Source: Dudresnaya verticillata (Eukaryota). Taken from it: 64,000 nt of DNA. This document shows, piece by piece, positions 37,319 through 49,385 of the stretch. Both the position numbers and the translations under genes were made by a program. The notes beneath the pieces are model-generated. The model made no database searches and had not been told where the DNA came from. It saw nothing but the letters and a program-made list of their open reading frames with translations. Location: positions 1,054,001 to 1,118,000 of the forward strand of contig OZ374563.1 of NCBI GenBank assembly GCA_977862235.1, written 5' to 3'. Every line of letters starts with the position of its first letter. Within the stretch, counting starts at the first letter, position 1.

Positions 37319-39206
37319 CTACCACAAGAAGCTAGGATCGACAAAATTCTTACTCAGCAGATCAGACTCTAAGATGTCTTCCACGTTCAATGCGGAAAGT
37401 ACATGGGCCTGATCAACAATCCCCGTTGGCGTCCGAGATTCATTGCCGTTGCTGGCAACTTGGGATGCAACCTGTGGATTGCGACCACTCTGGCGACGGG
37501 CCGCTGCAATGCTCTGGGATGAACTCCCATCTTGGGAACGAGGAATAGAAGTCCCGGCGGTTGCAGAGCTTGAAAGGCCTTCAACACCCGTGTCCATGTG
37601 CGAAGAGTTCGGGGTTGTAGCTTTTGTAGAGCTTGGTGTCCCCCATTTGGTCTGTATTGCTCTTCGACGCAGCCTGGCGGGAACGAGAGGCGCTAGCAGA
37701 CCGCGACTTGGCTGGTGCCTTCCGAGCTTTTGCTGGTTTCGCCCTGTTTTGGGGCTTTTTGTCAACCGGGACAGCGGAGGAGCCAGAAGCTGTAGCTTTT
37801 TGAGCTTTTGGTTGCCTCTTTCGATTTGAAGTCGGCTTTCTCGGCTCCCTCCCAGGCTTCTTGGATGCTTCTTTGCTCACCCGACCCTTGGACGGCTTCA
37901 GCTCAACATTTCGCAGTCCCTCACTTTCCTTCTCTGCGTTAGTTGAAGCCTCGCGATAGACCTTTTTCGCTTCCGTACCCATTGGTTTGCGGTTACGATC
38001 CGGGTCCTTGCGACACGCCTGGCAGTCCCAGGTCCCGAGCCTCCTCGCAAGACGTAGCAAGCCAACGTCTCTCACCTTTCCTGCACACTTAAAGCACAAT
38101 CCCATATCACAAGTCCCAGAATATGTATTGATACATTTGAACATGTCCGAGACATTTGAATCAATTAGGCAATACTGGCAGAACGTGGCTCCAATTCGCT
38201 TGCCGGGAACAGGCTTAGACCTAGAATTAAGCATTGGATTCGCTCCATCTGCAACGTTCGAGGGCACGACTTTCGAAGGCTGAGGTACTGAAGCGGGTTT
38301 GGTCCCATTTTCAGGTGTTGAAGCGCCCGTGGTTCCATTCTGAGATACTGAAGCGACTCTGGTCCCGTTCTGAGGTCCCGAAGCTGCTGTCGTCGCATTA
38401 CGAGGTGCTGAAGCGGCTCTGGTCGCATTACGAGGTGCTGAAGCGGCTCTGGTCGCATTACGAGGTGCTGAAGCGGCCTTGTTCACATTCTGCCTTCTAT
38501 GCACCGCTTTTGCTATCTTCTTTTGGACTGGCAAAGAGCCCACGGCCGAAGGCGGGGGACTTGGTGGGATTTGTTGTCCATGAACGGGTGCAGTAGGATT
38601 GGAGATAGCTGTAGCCTGCGGAGCATGCTGAGCGATCAGCTGTGCCACAAGGGGAGCGCAAGCAGGGTCTCGGAGTGCAGGGTTGAGCGTGAGCAGCTGC
38701 ATGATGGGGCTTGAAGCGATCAGCTGTATTTGTGCAACATTGGCCAGCATGTTTGTCATTGATTGTTGCTGTTGCCCATACTCATTAAACAACGGTGGTT
38801 GCCCATACTCATTGAGTGACGGTTGGTGCCCATATCCATTCGTAAAAGATTGTTGGGCATAGCCGTTAACTTGCGGCTGTCCACTGACTAGCGGTTGCTG
38901 TGCTAGCGTATTTTGCGATAGTTGCTGCGGATGCACTGGGTTTGTGGGATGATGCTGAAGATAAGCTAATCCAGGCGGCAGCTGCTGCTGAAGGTGGGGT
39001 TGGTGGTGACAACTTGGTTGAGTTGGAAGCCTAGCGCGACCAGCTAGGCGCGGGTCTCTCGTCAGAGGCGTCGCCACATTGGCAACCGAAGGCTGGCTTT
39101 GGGAAGAGATTGGGGCGGGCGCAGCACTTCCGAGAGGTTGAGATGTGGAGGGGCCTCGAACAGAATTGGTCCTCGATGCTGAGGCTGGATGCGGCAGACG
39201 GCTCAT
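37319..39206 (-). pseudogene. Array gene copy 11, +C frameshift allele (541-aa truncated product, stop at 37581; may still be expressed)
   Basis: C5 run. The frame ends ...QMGDTKLYKSYNPELFAHGHGC* and retains the zinc finger. Confidence 0.65.
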
Positions 39207-41070
39207 GATGGTGGATATCTTTTCGATAGGTTCGACAAGATCAATTACGCCGAAGCAATCACGTAGATGCACCTATTGAGGTTTGTTGCAAACTCTTCAC
39301 CCTCGGTCAAGGGCTGGGCGTTTTGATAAGGCGAGGTGGTAGGGTTCTAGAGCACTCGAGAAGAGGTTTTGAATAGCTCCACACAGTGCCTTCTTTGAGT
39401 TCGAGCTTGGGAAGGGCGAGGAGAGGTTGAGGACTGTTCAGACTGTATGCTGAATTTTACTCAACACGGTGGGTGTGAGTGAGGTCGTTGTTGTAAGTCT
39501 ATTGAAAGTTTGCTTTGATGGATTCAATTTGAAGTATACAGACGAAAGAAGAGTTGCAATTTGACGCGCAGTGCATGTGGATTGTCCTTGTTTTAGTGGG
39601 ATGTTTTCATGATCTCGATTCATCTGACAATAACGCAATAATGCTTTCTGTTGTAACGTGGTATACGCGGAAGACCACGATTGTCTTGAGTTGGGAAGCA
39701 CGGTTTCTTTTATGAAGGATAATGCGGCGGGTGAAGCGGCGGAACGGGAAGCCATCCCGTTCTCATAACGCACCCGCCGCTTTATCCTTCCCTACGCACT
39801 CTCCCCTGTTAGTCGGCCACCCACTCCCTTCCGTCAGCCACAACCTCCATAAGCCTCGACCAGGACATCGTTCTCTACAGCTCGTTGTAGGCACCTGAGC
39901 TGAGTCAGGAGGGAGTCACACTAGAATGTAGCAATTGGCATACCTGCGCTCCGCGGCGAGCTGTTGGCCAAAGTTTGGTACCTGCGCTGATCTACTGTAC
40001 CACTCTAAATGCCGCCTCCGCCCGCCGACCGTTCCAGCGCTAATGCGCCACACAACACGCCTGCCACAACTGCTCAACCGCCGCAACGCCCAAACGCTTT
40101 GAACTTCAGGAGTCATCTCATCGCTGTTGACTCTGACTCAGCGAGGAAGGATTTTGACTCAGCACTTCGCAACATTCTACGTGGACGGCAGCGAGGGATA
40201 TAGTTATCAAATCCTGCTGTCCAGAACTAATCCAAGACCTTGTCTTCTAAAAACGGTTCGCTAAGGTGCCATACGCGTTGGACGAGATCCAGAGCAATGA
40301 GTATGCAGGGAAGATGGCTGGCTGAATGTATGCCATTGCGCTGGAATCGCTGCTGTTTTCAATGACGATGTGGACAAGACCGCTGTTGGTTTAGTTGTTC
40401 GTAGTTGGTAACGCTGCTGCTGGTGAAGCCAAGGTGCATAAGCAAGGTGCAGAGAACTCTTCATTAACTATTGCTACCGCTATTGTCAGAGATGACACTA
40501 CGGATGTACACGGCGATACTGACGATTTTCCGGAGTAGGCGCCAAGGGTGGTCGAGATAGCTGTGGATGGCGCGGGTGCAGTGAAAACTCTCATGAAGGA
40601 TTGCGCAGCGGGGAGTGCTGATATCAGGTTATTAAGCTTGGCCCAGAAAAAGTAATGTTTTTTATTAAATCTATTCACAAGTCAGTGCCGCAAGTTATCT
40701 CTTTTTGCGACAAGCATGTTGTCACCCTTTCCGTCGGGGCTGATTTGAGCCCTTGGCTTGTTATTGGCCCGAGGTGTAGCCGAGGGCCAATAACAACCCT
40801 CGGGCTCTACTGTAGAGAACTCGGGCTCTACTGTACTGTAGAGAACACAACGAAAAAGGTGCCCGTGACGGGTAAGCCACGAGACACTTGCAGCTGCGTT
40901 TGCAAGCTCCGCTTGCTACACTTAGCGAGACAATATCAAGTCAGCGTTAGTTCTTTTACCGCTTGTAGCTACAGAGCCTACCCATTAGGGGAGGAGGCCG
41001 CGCCAATGTGCCCCAGCTGGCTGGAAAATACCATTGTTTCACTCGAGGAAACTTCTTCCTACCTGTAACA

Positions 41071-42958
41071 CTACCACAAGAAGCTAGGATCGACAAAATT
41101 CTTACTCAGCAGATCAGACTCTAAGATGTCTTCCACGTTCAATGCGGAAAGTACATGGGCCTGATCAACAATCCCCGTTGGCGTCCGAGATTCATTGCCG
41201 TTGCTGGCAACTTGGGATGCAACCTGTGGATTGCGACCACTCTGGCGACGGGCCGCTGCAATGCTCTGGGATGAACTCCCATCTTGGGAACGAGGAATAG
41301 AAGTCCCGGCGGTTGCAGAGCTTGAAAGGCCTTCAACACCCGTGTCCATGTGCGAAGAGTTCGGGGTTGTAGCTTTTGTAGAGCTTGGTGTCCCCCATTT
41401 GGTCTGTATTGCTCTTCGACGCAGCCTGGCGGGAACGAGAGGCGCTAGCAGACCGCGACTTGGCTGGTGCCTTCCGAGCTTTTGCTGGTTTCGCCCTGTT
41501 TTGGGGCTTTTTGTCAACCGGGACAGCGGAGGAGCCAGAAGCTGTAGCTTTTTGAGCTTTTGGTTGCCTCTTTCGATTTGAAGTCGGCTTTCTCGGCTCC
41601 CTCCCAGGCTTCTTGGATGCTTCTTTGCTCACCCGACCCTTGGACGGCTTCAGCTCAACATTTCGCAGTCCCTCACTTTCCTTCTCTGCGTTAGTTGAAG
41701 CCTCGCGATAGACCTTTTTCGCTTCCGTACCCATTGGTTTGCGGTTACGATCCGGGTCCTTGCGACACGCCTGGCAGTCCCAGGTCCCGAGCCTCCTCGC
41801 AAGACGTAGCAAGCCAACGTCTCTCACCTTTCCTGCACACTTAAAGCACAATCCCATATCACAAGTCCCAGAATATGTATTGATACATTTGAACATGTCC
41901 GAGACATTTGAATCAATTAGGCAATACTGGCAGAACGTGGCTCCAATTCGCTTGCCGGGAACAGGCTTAGACCTAGAATTAAGCATTGGATTCGCTCCAT
42001 CTGCAACGTTCGAGGGCACGACTTTCGAAGGCTGAGGTACTGAAGCGGGTTTGGTCCCATTTTCAGGTGTTGAAGCGCCCGTGGTTCCATTCTGAGATAC
42101 TGAAGCGACTCTGGTCCCGTTCTGAGGTCCCGAAGCTGCTGTCGTCGCATTACGAGGTGCTGAAGCGGCTCTGGTCGCATTACGAGGTGCTGAAGCGGCT
42201 CTGGTCGCATTACGAGGTGCTGAAGCGGCCTTGTTCACATTCTGCCTTCTATGCACCGCTTTTGCTATCTTCTTTTGGACTGGCAAAGAGCCCACGGCCG
42301 AAGGCGGGGGACTTGGTGGGATTTGTTGTCCATGAACGGGTGCAGTAGGATTGGAGATAGCTGTAGCCTGCGGAGCATGCTGAGCGATCAGCTGTGCCAC
42401 AAGGGGAGCGCAAGCAGGGTCTCGGAGTGCAGGGTTGAGCGTGAGCAGCTGCATGATGGGGCTTGAAGCGATCAGCTGTATTTGTGCAACATTGGCCAGC
42501 ATGTTTGTCATTGATTGTTGCTGTTGCCCATACTCATTAAACAACGGTGGTTGCCCATACTCATTGAGTGACGGTTGGTGCCCATATCCATTCGTAAAAG
42601 ATTGTTGGGCATAGCCGTTAACTTGCGGCTGTCCACTGACTAGCGGTTGCTGTGCTAGCGTATTTTGCGATAGTTGCTGCGGATGCACTGGGTTTGTGGG
42701 ATGATGCTGAAGATAAGCTAATCCAGGCGGCAGCTGCTGCTGAAGGTGGGGTTGGTGGTGACAACTTGGTTGAGTTGGAAGCCTAGCGCGACCAGCTAGG
42801 CGCGGGTCTCTCGTCAGAGGCGTCGCCACATTGGCAACCGAAGGCTGGCTTTGGGAAGAGATTGGGGCGGGCGCAGCACTTCCGAGAGGTTGAGATGTGG
42901 AGGGGCCTCGAACAGAATTGGTCCTCGATGCTGAGGCTGGATGCGGCAGACGGCTCAT
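41071..42958 (-). pseudogene. Array gene copy 12, +C frameshift allele (541-aa product, stop at 41333)
   Basis: As copy 11. Confidence 0.65.
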
Positions 42959-44822
42959 GATGGTGGATATCTTTTCGATAGGTTCGACAAGATCAATTAC
43001 GCCGAAGCAATCACGTAGATGCACCTATTGAGGTTTGTTGCAAACTCTTCACCCTCGGTCAAGGGCTGGGCGTTTTGATAAGGCGAGGTGGTAGGGTTCT
43101 AGAGCACTCGAGAAGAGGTTTTGAATAGCTCCACACAGTGCCTTCTTTGAGTTCGAGCTTGGGAAGGGCGAGGAGAGGTTGAGGACTGTTCAGACTGTAT
43201 GCTGAATTTTACTCAATACGGTGGGTGTGAGTGAGGTCGTTGTTGTAAGTCTATTGAAAGTTTGCTTTGATGGATTCAATTTGAAGTATACAGACGAAAG
43301 AAGAGTTGCAATTTGACGCGCAGTGCATGTGGATTGTCCTTGTTTTAGTGGGATGTTTTCATGATCTCGATTCATCTGACAATAACGCAATAATGCTTTC
43401 TGTTGTAACGTGGTATACGCGGAAGACCACGATTGTCTTGAGTTGGGAAGCACGGTTTCTTTTATGAAGGATAATGCGGCGGGTGAAGCGGCGGAACGGG
43501 AAGCCATCCCGTTCTCATAACGCACCCGCCGCTTTATCCTTCCCTACGCACTCTCCCCTGTTAGTCGGCCACCCACTCCCTTCCGTCAGCCACAACCTCC
43601 ATAAGCCTCGACCAGGACATCGTTCTCTACAGCTCGTTGTAGGCACCTGAGCTGAGTCAGGAGGGAGTCACACTAGAATGTAGCAATTGGCATACCTGCG
43701 CTCCGCGGCGAGCTGTTGGCCAAAGTTTGGTACCTGCGCTGATCTACTGTACCACTCTAAATGCCGCCTCCGCCCGCCGACCGTTCCAGCGCTAATGCGC
43801 CACACAACACGCCTGCCACAACTGCTCAACCGCCGCAACGCCCAAACGCTTTGAACTTCAGGAGTCATCTCATCGCTGTTGACTCTGACTCAGCGAGGAA
43901 GGATTTTGACTCAGCACTTCGCAACATTCTACGTGGACGGCAGCGAGGGATATAGTTATCAAATCCTGCTGTCCAGAACTAATCCAAGACCTTGTCTTCT
44001 AAAAACGGTTCGCTAAGGTGCCATACGCGTTGGACGAGATCCAGAGCAATGAGTATGCAGGGAAGATGGCTGGCTGAATGTATGCCATTGCGCTGGAATC
44101 GCTGCTGTTTTCAATGACGATGTGGACAAGACCGCTGTTGGTTTAGTTGTTCGTAGTTGGTAACGCTGCTGCTGGTGAAGCCAAGGTGCATAAGCAAGGT
44201 GCAGAGAACTCTTCATTAACTATTGCTACCGCTATTGTCAGAGATGACACTACGGATGTACACGGCGATACTGACGATTTTCCGGAGTAGGCGCCAAGGG
44301 TGGTCGAGATAGCTGTGGATGGCGCGGGTGCAGTGAAAACTCTCATGAAGGATTGCGCAGCGGGGAGTGCTGATATCAGGTTATTAAGCTTGGCCCAGAA
44401 AAAGTAATGTTTTTTATTAAATCTATTCACAAGTCAGTGCCGCAAGTTATCTCTTTTTGCGACAAGCATGTTGTCACCCTTTCCGTCGGGGCTGATTTGA
44501 GCCCTTGGCTTGTTATTGGCCCGAGGTGTAGCCGAGGGCCAATAACAACCCTCGGGCTCTACTGTAGAGAACTCGGGCTCTACTGTACTGTAGAGAACAC
44601 AACGAAAAAGGTGCCCGTGACGGGTAAGCCACGAGACACTTGCAGCTGCGTTTGCAAGCTCCGCTTGCTACACTTAGCGAGACAATATCAAGTCAGCGTT
44701 AGTTCTTTTACCGCTTGTAGCTACAGAGCCTACCCATTAGGGGAGGAGGCCGCGCCAATGTGCCCCAGCTGGCTGGAAAATACCATTGTTTCACTCGAGG
44801 AAACTTCTTCCTACCTGTAACA

Positions 44823-46710
44823 CTACCACAAGAAGCTAGGATCGACAAAATTCTTACTCAGCAGATCAGACTCTAAGATGTCTTCCACGTTCAATGCGGA
44901 AAGTACATGGGCCTGATCAACAATCCCCGTTGGCGTCCGAGATTCATTGCCGTTGCTGGCAACTTGGGATGCAACCTGTGGATTGCGACCACTCTGGCGA
45001 CGGGCCGCTGCAATGCTCTGGGATGAACTCCCATCTTGGGAACGAGGAATAGAAGTCCCGGCGGTTGCAGAGCTTGAAAGGCCTTCAACACCCGTGTCCA
45101 TGTGCGAAGAGTTCGGGGTTGTAGCTTTTGTAGAGCTTGGTGTCCCCCATTTGGTCTGTATTGCTCTTCGACGCAGCCTGGCGGGAACGAGAGGCGCTAG
45201 CAGACCGCGACTTGGCTGGTGCCTTCCGAGCTTTTGCTGGTTTCGCCCTGTTTTGGGGCTTTTTGTCAACCGGGACAGCGGAGGAGCCAGAAGCTGTAGC
45301 TTTTTGAGCTTTTGGTTGCCTCTTTCGATTTGAAGTCGGCTTTCTCGGCTCCCTCCCAGGCTTCTTGGATGCTTCTTTGCTCACCCGACCCTTGGACGGC
45401 TTCAGCTCAACATTTCGCAGTCCCTCACTTTCCTTCTCTGCGTTAGTTGAAGCCTCGCGATAGACCTTTTTCGCTTCCGTACCCATTGGTTTGCGGTTAC
45501 GATCCGGGTCCTTGCGACACGCCTGGCAGTCCCAGGTCCCGAGCCTCCTCGCAAGACGTAGCAAGCCAACGTCTCTCACCTTTCCTGCACACTTAAAGCA
45601 CAATCCCATATCACAAGTCCCAGAATATGTATTGATACATTTGAACATGTCCGAGACATTTGAATCAATTAGGCAATACTGGCAGAACGTGGCTCCAATT
45701 CGCTTGCCGGGAACAGGCTTAGACCTAGAATTAAGCATTGGATTCGCTCCATCTGCAACGTTCGAGGGCACGACTTTCGAAGGCTGAGGTACTGAAGCGG
45801 GTTTGGTCCCATTTTCAGGTGTTGAAGCGCCCGTGGTTCCATTCTGAGATACTGAAGCGACTCTGGTCCCGTTCTGAGGTCCCGAAGCTGCTGTCGTCGC
45901 ATTACGAGGTGCTGAAGCGGCTCTGGTCGCATTACGAGGTGCTGAAGCGGCTCTGGTCGCATTACGAGGTGCTGAAGCGGCCTTGTTCACATTCTGCCTT
46001 CTATGCACCGCTTTTGCTATCTTCTTTTGGACTGGCAAAGAGCCCACGGCCGAAGGCGGGGGACTTGGTGGGATTTGTTGTCCATGAACGGGTGCAGTAG
46101 GATTGGAGATAGCTGTAGCCTGCGGAGCATGCTGAGCGATCAGCTGTGCCACAAGGGGAGCGCAAGCAGGGTCTCGGAGTGCAGGGTTGAGCGTGAGCAG
46201 CTGCATGATGGGGCTTGAAGCGATCAGCTGTATTTGTGCAACATTGGCCAGCATGTTTGTCATTGATTGTTGCTGTTGCCCATACTCATTAAACAACGGT
46301 GGTTGCCCATACTCATTGAGTGACGGTTGGTGCCCATATCCATTCGTAAAAGATTGTTGGGCATAGCCGTTAACTTGCGGCTGTCCACTGACTAGCGGTT
46401 GCTGTGCTAGCGTATTTTGCGATAGTTGCTGCGGATGCACTGGGTTTGTGGGATGATGCTGAAGATAAGCTAATCCAGGCGGCAGCTGCTGCTGAAGGTG
46501 GGGTTGGTGGTGACAACTTGGTTGAGTTGGAAGCCTAGCGCGACCAGCTAGGCGCGGGTCTCTCGTCAGAGGCGTCGCCACATTGGCAACCGAAGGCTGG
46601 CTTTGGGAAGAGATTGGGGCGGGCGCAGCACTTCCGAGAGGTTGAGATGTGGAGGGGCCTCGAACAGAATTGGTCCTCGATGCTGAGGCTGGATGCGGCA
46701 GACGGCTCAT
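44823..46710 (-). pseudogene. Array gene copy 13, +C frameshift allele (541-aa product, stop at 45085)
   Basis: As copy 11. Confidence 0.65.
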
Positions 46711-48179
46711 GATGGTGGATATCTTTTCGATAGGTTCGACAAGATCAATTACGCCGAAGCAATCACGTAGATGCACCTATTGAGGTTTGTTGCAAACTCT
46801 TCACCCTCGGTCAAGGGCTGGGCGTTTTGATAAGGCGAGGTGGTAGGGTTCTAGAGCACTCGAGAAGAGGTTTTGAATAGCTCCACACAGTGCCTTCTTT
46901 GAGTTCGAGCTTGGGAAGGGCGAGGAGAGGTTGAGGACTGTTCAGACTGTATGCTGAATTTTACTCAATACGGTGGGTGTGAGTGAGGTCGTTGTTGTAA
47001 GTCTATTGAAAGTTTGCTTTGATGGATTCAATTTGAAGTATACAGACGAAAGAAGAGTTGCAATTTGACGCGCAGTGCATGTGGATTGTCCTTGTTTTAG
47101 TGGGATGTTTTCATGATCTCGATTCATCTGACAATAACGCAATAATGCTTTCTGTTGTAACGTGGTATACGCGGAAGACCACGATTGTCTTGAGTTGGGA
47201 AGCACGGTTTCTTTTATGAAGGATAATGCGGCGGGTGAAGCGGCGGAACGGGAAGCCATCCCGTTCTCATAACGCACCCGCCGCTTTATCCTTCCCTACG
47301 CACTCTCCCCTGTTAGTCGGCCACCCACTCCCTTCCGTCAGCCACAACCTCCATAAGCCTCGACCAGGACATCGTTCTCTACAGCTCGTTGTAGGCACCT
47401 GAGCTGAGTCAGGAGGGAGTCACACTAGAATGTAGCAATTGGCATACCTGCGCTCCGCGGCGAGCTGTTGGCCAAAGTTTGGTACCTGCGCTGATCTACT
47501 GTACCACTCTAAATGCCGCCTCCGCCCGCCGACCGTTCCAGCGCTAATGCGCCACACAACACGCCTGCCACAACTGCTCAACCGCCGCAACGCCCAAACG
47601 CTTTGAACTTCAGGAGTCATCTCATCGCTGTTGACTCTGACTCAGCGAGGAAGGATTTTGACTCAGCACTTCGCAACATTCTACGTGGACGGCAGCGAGG
47701 GATATAGTTATCAAATCCTGCTGTCCAGAACTAATCCAAGACCTTGTCTTCTAAAAACGGTTCGCTAAGGTGCCATACGCGTTGGACGAGATCCAGAGCA
47801 ATGAGTATGCAGGGAAGATGGCTGGCTGAATGTATGCCATTGCGCTGGAATCGCTGCTGTTTTCAATGACGATGTGGACAAGACCGCTGTTGGTTTAGTT
47901 GTTCGTAGTTGGTAACGCTGCTGCTGGTGAAGCCAAGGTGCATAAGCAAGGTGCAGAGAACTCTTCATTAACTATTGCTACCGCTATTGTCAGAGATGAC
48001 ACTACGGATGTACACGGCGATACTGACGATTTTCCGGAGTAGGCGCCAAGGGTGGTCGAGATAGCTGTGGATGGCGCGGGTGCAGTGAAAACTCTCATGA
48101 AGGATTGCGCAGCGGGGAGTGCTGATATCAGGTTATTAAGCTTGGCCCAGAAAAAGTAATGTTTTTTATTAAATCTATT

Positions 48180-48189
48180 CACAAGTCAG
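48180..48189 (+). repeat. Left target-site duplication CACAAGTCAG
   Basis: Single copy in empty units (e.g. 3124-3133). Duplicated here and at 48991-49000. Confidence 0.95.
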
Positions 48190-48990
48190 AGAGAGAGACC
48201 TTTATTAAACAACAAGAGAGAAGCCCCTTAAGGGGGCTTAGGATTCAGAGCTACCATAAAGAGGCGGAGGAGCAAGCTTGCGGCGGTTGACACTCACCGC
48301 CACGCATTGGAGAACTAAAGAGAGTAAACGAGTAGTGAGGCGAAGTTTCTCCGTAGACGGAGAGGTCCCGCGCTTGCTGGCAATGAAGTTAGCAATACGT
48401 TGGGCGCCAACTTCAAAGCCAGATCCAACACGGCCATAGACATCTACAACCATAGGATGGATAACCATATCCAAACTAGCGCACACGCGGCGGTAATGAG
48501 AGCGTTTGACACGTTCGCGAGCTGCAATGGCTTGGCCAGCAACGCGACCAGTGGAACCATGAATAGAATGGGGACTGACGACCGAGACATCAAATCCATG
48601 GGGGTGAGGGGCAAAGCCACGATCATCAACGAAAATATCCATACGCAGTTGGTCACGTGGATCAACAGGCTGTGGGGGACCACCAGAAGCAGCATGACGC
48701 TCGTCACGTATGCGTTCAGCACGTGTTCGGGCAGCGTTGGGGACAGAGCTACGGGGCCCATGCTCATCCGAATAAGTGAAACGATGCTCAACTTCAACGC
48801 GCACGCCATGGGGGCGGGCGATAGTCTGAAATAAGACACTTAAACGATCCCGAAGATGATCATGACGGCGAATCGTGCCCTCACGAGAAGAACAGACCGT
48901 AGCATGATGCCCATAAACATCAAGAAGAGGGGGAACAGAAGCGGTACCATCAACACAACGGGGGCATGGGTCATCTCCACTGAAGATGGG
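48190..48990 (-). mobile_element. 5'-truncated non-LTR retrotransposon of the RLE-encoding group (CRE/R2-like), 801 bp
   Basis: Absent from the other units and flanked by CACAAGTCAG direct repeats. The minus-strand 3' end shows a stop codon, a hairpin, AATAAA (48201-48206) and a (TC)n tail (48188-48198). It encodes a zinc knuckle plus a restriction-like endonuclease. Confidence 0.92.
48238..48990 (-). CDS. C-terminal fragment of a retrotransposon ORF: CCHC zinc knuckle plus restriction-like (PD-(D/E)xK-type) endonuclease; no true start codon
   Basis: Motifs in the canonical RLE order: CPRC...DVYGHHATVC, RRHD, VEVE, RMDI, FDVSVVSP, ERVKRSHY, PMVVDVYG. The track's 'M' is a GTG inside the TSD. 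Confidence 0.88.
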   Translation of the reverse strand, partial: PIFSGDDPCPRCVDGTASVPPLLDVYGHHATVCSSREGTIRRHDHLRDRLSVLFQTIARPHGVRVEVEHRFTYSDEHGPRSSVPNAARTRAERIRDERHAASGGPPQPVDPRDQLRMDIFVDDRGFAPHPHGFDVSVVSPHSIHGSTGRVAGQAIAARERVKRSHYRRVCASLDMVIHPMVVDVYGRVGSGFEVGAQRIANFIASKRGTSPSTEKLRLTTRLLSLVLQCVAVSVNRRKLAPPPLYGSSES

Positions 48991-49000
48991 CACAAGTCAG
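48991..49000 (+). repeat. Right target-site duplication CACAAGTCAG
   Basis: Matches 48180-48189; normal unit sequence (TGCCGCAAG...) resumes after it. Confidence 0.95.
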
Positions 49001-49385
49001 TGCCGCAAGTTATCTCTTTTTGCGACAAGCATGTTGTCACCCTTTCCGTCGGGGCTGATTTGAGCCCTTGGCTTGTTATTGGCCCGAGGTGTAGCCGAGG
49101 GCCAATAACAACCCTCGGGCTCTACTGTAGAGAACTCGGGCTCTACTGTACTGTAGAGAACACAACGAAAAAGGTGCCCGTGACGGGTAAGCCACGAGAC
49201 ACTTGCAGCTGCGTTTGCAAGCTCCGCTTGCTACACTTAGCGAGACAATATCAAGTCAGCGTTAGTTCTTTTACCGCTTGTAGCTACAGAGCCTACCCAT
49301 TAGGGGAGGAGGCCGCGCCAATGTGCCCCAGCTGGCTGGAAAATACCATTGTTTCACTCGAGGAAACTTCTTCCTACCTGTAACA

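Noticed and set aside
48400..49040. 144-, 131- and 66-aa ORFs inside the insert
   Set aside because: Shadow frames of the motif-bearing endonuclease ORF.
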